Of a stretch of 39,408 nt of DNA, positions 34,290-39,408 are shown one piece after another. The translations under genes and the position numbers were made by a program. Source of the stretch: Peribolospora baueri (taxonomy: Eukaryota). Numbering within the stretch: the first letter of the stretch is position 1; every line of letters begins with the position of its first letter. The notes under the pieces were generated by a model. The model ran no database searches, was not told the origin of the DNA, and saw only the letters and a list, made by a program, of their open reading frames with translations. The stretch lies in assembly GCA_029717555.1 (NCBI GenBank), contig JAMDHS010000050.1:124001-163408 (forward strand), read 5' to 3'.

Positions 34290-36566
34290 ATGTCTTCGTC
34301 CACAGCCGTGGGCGGAGGGTGTGCCCAGCGCGGTCGGCTCTCTCAAGCGGACGTTGGTCCAAACTCTCATTCCGCAAGCTCGTCCAGGTAGGTGCGTGGT
34401 CCCGCGAACAGCAACCTTCGAAAACAGCTCACCTCGAGCCACCGCCTTGCCCCATTTTCCGTCCAGCGCTATTGCTAGCGAGTCTGTGCACACGTTGCCG
34501 GTCGATTCTGACAGAGATGACGTGGATCAGCTGTCGACGATACGGAGAGAAGCTCGTGCAGCTTTGGATGCGAACCGTCGCAAACAGGAAGCCATCGTCA
34601 ACGTCATTCGTCTTTTGAACGAGACCCAGGGGGAGCTGGACTCGTTATGGGTGAGCATCTATCTTTTCACCTGGATGGTATGGAAACATATTTGAGGCCT
34701 GTTGTCTTCGTCTTACGCTCCATTCCGCTTCATCCACGCCTCGACTCCCAGGTTCGATTAAAGCGCGCCGAGGCTGAGCTGTACGAGGAGCCGACTCAGC
34801 ACATTTTCTCTTTGCACGGCAAGCAAGCTATTTTGCCCCGTTTTGACGGCCTGTTCTATGGAATAGATGCTCTTCGGGAGCGGACGAGAGAAGCCGAGGA
34901 GCTCCGATTGCTCGTCAGCAATAGGTCATGTAAGTCTGTGAGCTCGCACATCCAAAGGAGGGCAAGGATATGCTTATTAAAATTGCAAAATCGTTCTCTA
35001 TCTGCCTGCTTTCTCGATAATCAGGGCCGAACAAGTCCAAAGACCTTCTAGCGGATGCGGTATACAAGTGTAACCAACGCGAGTACGCCAAGCTGGCGCG
35101 AGCTCAAGGAAGGGACATTTACGAAGCTTTGGACGAGATTGAAGAAGACAAGCTTATGCGCGACACTGAGGCTCTGGATTGGGGTTGGATTGCTAGTGAG
35201 GTGCGTAGGGCGGCGAGAATTGGCCTACTCTGGTTTCTACAACGCTCTTTATCCGATCGAGCATCTGCATACTCAATCAAACTTCTGATTTTCCCTGTGT
35301 ATGCTCGATAAGATTGGCACACATTTCCCAGCCGAATGTCGGATACAATGGCTGGAAGAAGACCACCCAAGCGTCAGGCGAGGAGATTGGGATGTGGACG
35401 AGCTCGAACTGCTCAATGACCTTACAGTCGGGAACGGTCCGAAGGATTGGATCAAGATAGCCCAGGAGCTGGGTGTGCGTGTTTTGTACTCTTCCCTTGT
35501 CCGTAAGAGTGTGTTGTTTGCTTGTCAGGCGACGATATTGATTTCATATTTGATATTGCGTTCACGCCTGAGCAGACAGGTCGGACGGGGATGCAGTGCT
35601 TGCTCGCTTATCGGCGTTGTTTGCACCCTCCGGCGAAGGTTCCTTGGACGACTACGGAGGATGAGCAGCTTCGGAAGGCAGTAGAACAGTATGGAGACAG
35701 TTGGGTGGCCGGTCAGTGTGGCAGTCATATCCTTCCTTGTTTCACCCGTGAAGGCGGTCGGATTGATGCCTTGGGGTCTTTCTTATCTCCCTACTTTTGT
35801 TCTCACCAGTGTCCTACGCCCTGGGATTCGCAAGGCCCCCCATCTCGTATATGAACCGGTGGACAAAGTCGCTCATGCCCACCATCAAGCGGGGCAAATG
35901 GGCACCCGAAGAGGATGAGCTGCTTCGTCAGGCTGTGGCCGAGCTGGGCACGAAATGGACCGAAGTCAAGCAGCGCGTACCGGGGAGGACTGATCCACAA
36001 TGCAGAGAGAGATGGGTGAACCATCTTAGTCCTGACGTCAAGAAGGGCAACTGGACAGAAGCGGTGAGATGTCCATCCAGTGTGTTTTGTCCTCGATTGG
36101 AGAGAATGCCATTCTGACACTGTGGTTGATGTCTGATCGGAATTGATACATTGGTGCATGCAGGAGGACATTCTTCTGCTCAAGGCCAAAGACCAAGACA
36201 AGCTGTCGTGGGTGGAGATTCAATCGCTGCTCAAGGGTCGTACAGACAGCCAGGCAAGTCCGGTGTCCAGCCAGTATAGTCTCCTTCCGACAGAGAAATT
36301 GACGAGCCGACAAACTTCGACGGTAACTGGCCGTGCCGACCTCATCTCCCTTCTAGATCATGAATCGGTATCGCACCTTAAAGAAGGACCAGAAGGATGG
36401 TAAGCGAAAGGCCAAGCAGCAACATGGCGGCGACGAGAATCTTGAGGACGCAGACGGCGGTGATTCGTCCAGACCTGTTACCAGCTCGGCTTCTTCATCG
36501 CGATCTACTCCGAAGCGCTCGAGAGGCCGACAGACGAAAGTGAAGGGGCGTTCGACTCCGCTGTAG
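34290..36566 (+). CDS. SNAPC4: Multi-Myb-repeat protein, SNAPc large subunit (SNAPC4/SNAP190)-like
   Basis: ECRIQWLEEDHPSV, WIKIAQELG-TGRTGMQC, RWTKSLMPTIKRGKWAPEEDELLRQAVA, VPGRTDPQCRERW parallel the SNAPC4 Myb region as I recall it; GC-AG intron 36254-36356. Confidence 0.72.
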
Positions 36567-37000
36567 GTGCCTCGTTCTCAGGTCGCTATGCCTACGGATT
36601 CCAGGTCGATATTCAGCAAGAGATCAACTTGACCAGCCATACCGCCACGCCGAGCGTGCCGATGCGCCTCCCCCGGCGCTAGGCCGAGGCGACAGTGGAG
36701 CCGTCATCGCGCGTGGAGAGGTGCAACAGTCCGACCGTTCTGGCTACTGCACGTGGGATGAGAAATGAGCCCGACCATACCCCAACTAGCCGTGGACGAT
36801 ACCCGAACTTGACGACCGTCGCGTCCAAGCGCGATTGTATTTTTAAAACGCGTTGTAGCTGTAGTTGTAGAGTACAAGTAGGTAGGCCTCAGTAAGAGGA
36901 GAAGGCTCGGTCGCCCTTGCCATTGGTGCGGCGCGGACGATTACGGCGCGGATGCTCTATAGAGTATGCGGATAAGAGGAAAGCCGAGCGCCGCGTAAGA

Positions 37001-38622
37001 TCATTCTTCTGCAAAGTCGCCTTCGTCCATGTCCTGCGAGCGATGGGCGCCACAAGAGCAAGAGGGAGAAAAAGAGATGTGAGTGCCTTCCAATGGCCGA
37101 TGACAAGTGTCGGCAGTAACCGACCTTTGGCTCCTTGACTTCCTCGTCTTCTCCGTACTGCATCGCATTATCGATGTGGGAGAGGATAAGACCGACAGAG
37201 TCCTCGTCCGTCACGTCGAGCGGTAAGAAGGAGACCATGTTGAAATCGTCGATCTGCCATTTGCGCGAGATGAGGGAATCGAGTGGGATCGATTCAGCGA
37301 TCAGACAGGGTCGCGATGGCATTTCTGCAGAGGAGAGAAGGCGGTAGAGCAGCCTACCAGCTGGACGATGGCCTCATTGAGGGCATGGAATTTTGGGTTC
37401 ATTTCCGCGTTTGCTTCGTCGGCCAGAAGCAATGGATCTGGGTTGAGGTATCTGGGAAGGGGAGGTTGGGAGGGGAAGACCGCGACAAAGGAGCATAAGC
37501 CTGGGCTGTAGCGGCAATGAAGAACATAGCATGAGTCACAAAAAGCACCTTTCCACTTCGCGCTTGCTCGCTTTTCTCTTTCCTGTACCGGTCTCTCCTC
37601 GTTTGACGAGATCCATCTTGCTGAGCACGTTGATATGCGGCACCTCCAGGTTGATCATGGCACTCATGGCGGAGAGCACTCCAGAAAAGTATTTGCTCTT
37701 GTCCTCCATGAACTGGGATTCAAGCAGATAGGCCGCACAAAGACGGAAGTTGAGGTTGACGGAGAGGACGTTGATGAGCTTGGACATGATGGGGAAGTGA
37801 GTGTAAAGCTCGATTTGGCCTACGCGACAACAGAACAGACACGCATTAAAAGGGACAGCAAGGTGAGCGCAAAGCATCGGCAGACCGTCTCCCAAAAGCT
37901 TGACAAGAGTCACTCCGGCTCACCGGGGCAATCGATGATGATGTAGTCGTCCTCGTATGGTCCCAGCTCGTCTTCCAACCAGTCCAAATTCTGAAGCAGG
38001 AACCTGAAGAGCAACATCACCAAAGCATGGGAGCAAACATCAAGGCAAAAGCAAGCAAATTGTCACCCCATTCGTACAATCTGAGTTGCTAGCGATTCAT
38101 CCTCTGGCGCCGGCCACGTCTTACTCACTCGAAGCAATAGATCAACCCGCCATTGGGCCCGTACCCCAATTCCTCCATCACATCCTCCAAGCTAATCAAA
38201 TCCCGAATATCCACGCTTGGCTCGTACTCAAACTGTTCCGCCGCCGGGTCCAGATTGAAGAGGTGGATATGCCGGCCGCTGTTTTGGGCGTGCGCAATGA
38301 GTGCGGAGCAGAAGGTGGACTTGCCTGACCCAGCCGGGCCTGCGTGAAAGAGGCGAAAGAAATAATGGGTCAGAGGAGAGACTAAGGAGCAGAATGCCAA
38401 TGGCCTGCAAGACGCCGGACATCATAGGATGTTGCTCAAGGCACTAAGGTCAGTCTCGATGTCAACAACACTCACCAGATACTAGGACAGCGTACTGTGC
38501 CCAGAGGGAAGAACGCACAGAACCAACAGGCGAAGACGTCAACCCACCGTCGTAACTCCTCTGCGCGCCACTGCCTCGCCATTCAACCTGTTATTTCTGG
38601 GCTTATCGAGACTCACCCTCAT
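37001..38622 (-). CDS. GPN3: GPN-loop GTPase 3, multi-exon
   Basis: [80 protein letters not shown]. Confidence 0.93.
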
Positions 38623-38806
38623 GTTGGTCACGACGGGCTTGTGAGCCGCCCTTTTCCCAGCTGTCTCTCTTAATGCTCTCTCGGGAGGAGAATCGAAGGC
38701 GGAGAGTGATCGGAAGATCGGAAGGTGATCGGCCGCAGCTTTCGGAGCGCTTCAGCCTTGCATGAGCCCTTTCTGTCTCAGGTCACACCCATCCTTTCGC
38801 TCCGAT

Positions 38807-38838
38807 TCGAAGTCTAGATAAATCGAAGTCTAGATAAA
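38807..38838. repeat. Perfect 16-bp tandem duplication
   Basis: tcgaagtctagataaa x2. Confidence 0.85.
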
Positions 38839-38980
38839 TTCCATTCCTGTTTCTTTCCATATTGCCAAATTGCCAAAAAGGAGAGAGGGATGGGAGGTAG
38901 CCTGGATAACACGGAGGAGTGCGGTGCGAACCGTCGAGAAGAGCAGGAGCGCGGCCGCAGAGTGCACAGCGGCGAGACGC

Positions 38981-39408
38981 TCAGTTGCCGTTGAAGCCGC
39001 CAAAGTGGGTGTCGAGGCCGCCCTGGTTGCGGTTCCTACCACCCCTGCCGCCCCTGCCACCCCTGCCACCGTTGCCGCCGATGGCGACGCCGTTTCCGGA
39101 GCCGAGGCCGAGGCCGCCGAAGCCGCCCTTGGAAAAGCCCTTGGCGAGGTTGTGGCCGGAGCCACCCTTGCCACCCTGCATCATGGAGGAGACATGCGGA
39201 GCCAGTCTGATTGAGTCATGACAGACCTTCGGTGAAGAAGGAAAGTACAAGAAGTGGTGGAGACGAAAAACTCACCCAGCCACCGTTGGCCATCTGCTTA
39301 GCTGTGGCGTTACCCGACTTGTTACCCTTGTCGTTGCCGTTACCGGACAAGTTGGCCTAGAGAAGGTTCCAAAGAGGGATCACCAAAAGTGAACGCTTCG
39401 ATGAGTTT
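38981..39408 (-). CDS. 3' part of a Gly/Asn-rich low-complexity protein gene entering from the right edge
   Basis: Exon about 39277-39357 (ANLSGNGNDKGNKSGNATAKQMANGGW) bounded by TAG/GTGAGT; last exon GGFGGLGLGSGNG...GGRGGRGGRGGR...stop. Confidence 0.55.

Overview
Gene-dense, GC-rich, intron-rich fungal chromosome segment. Gene style suggests a basidiomycete, probably smut-like (inference). Housekeeping genes in order: a conserved hypothetical protein, ILV2, SAM35, TPT1, REX4, BRF1, hexokinase, TFC6-like, NIP7, PRE5, CWC21, mitochondrial bL19, SND2/TMEM208, a SNAPC4-like multi-Myb protein and GPN3, plus partial genes at both edges. Two accessory islands interrupt this. (1) 10.8-13.9 kb, between REX4 and BRF1, holds two paralogous, apparently RNA polymerase III-type structured ncRNA genes on the minus strand (about 150 nt and about 356 nt). 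Each has an A box at +8, a B box, an oligo-T terminator and compensatory base changes relative to the other. Between them lie a decayed Ty1/copia RT-RNase H fragment bracketed by 48-bp inverted repeats, an LTR-like segment and a ribonucleotide-reductase gene fragment. (2) 20.7-23.1 kb holds a SirQ/PRISE-like reductase pseudogene and a decayed internally repetitive gene. The best candidate for something undescribed is the ncRNA pair, one of which sits head-to-head with BRF1 in a window that also encodes TFIIIC- and SNAPc-type subunits. All calls were made by eye from motifs; no database searches or folding programs were run. Exon boundaries are manual.
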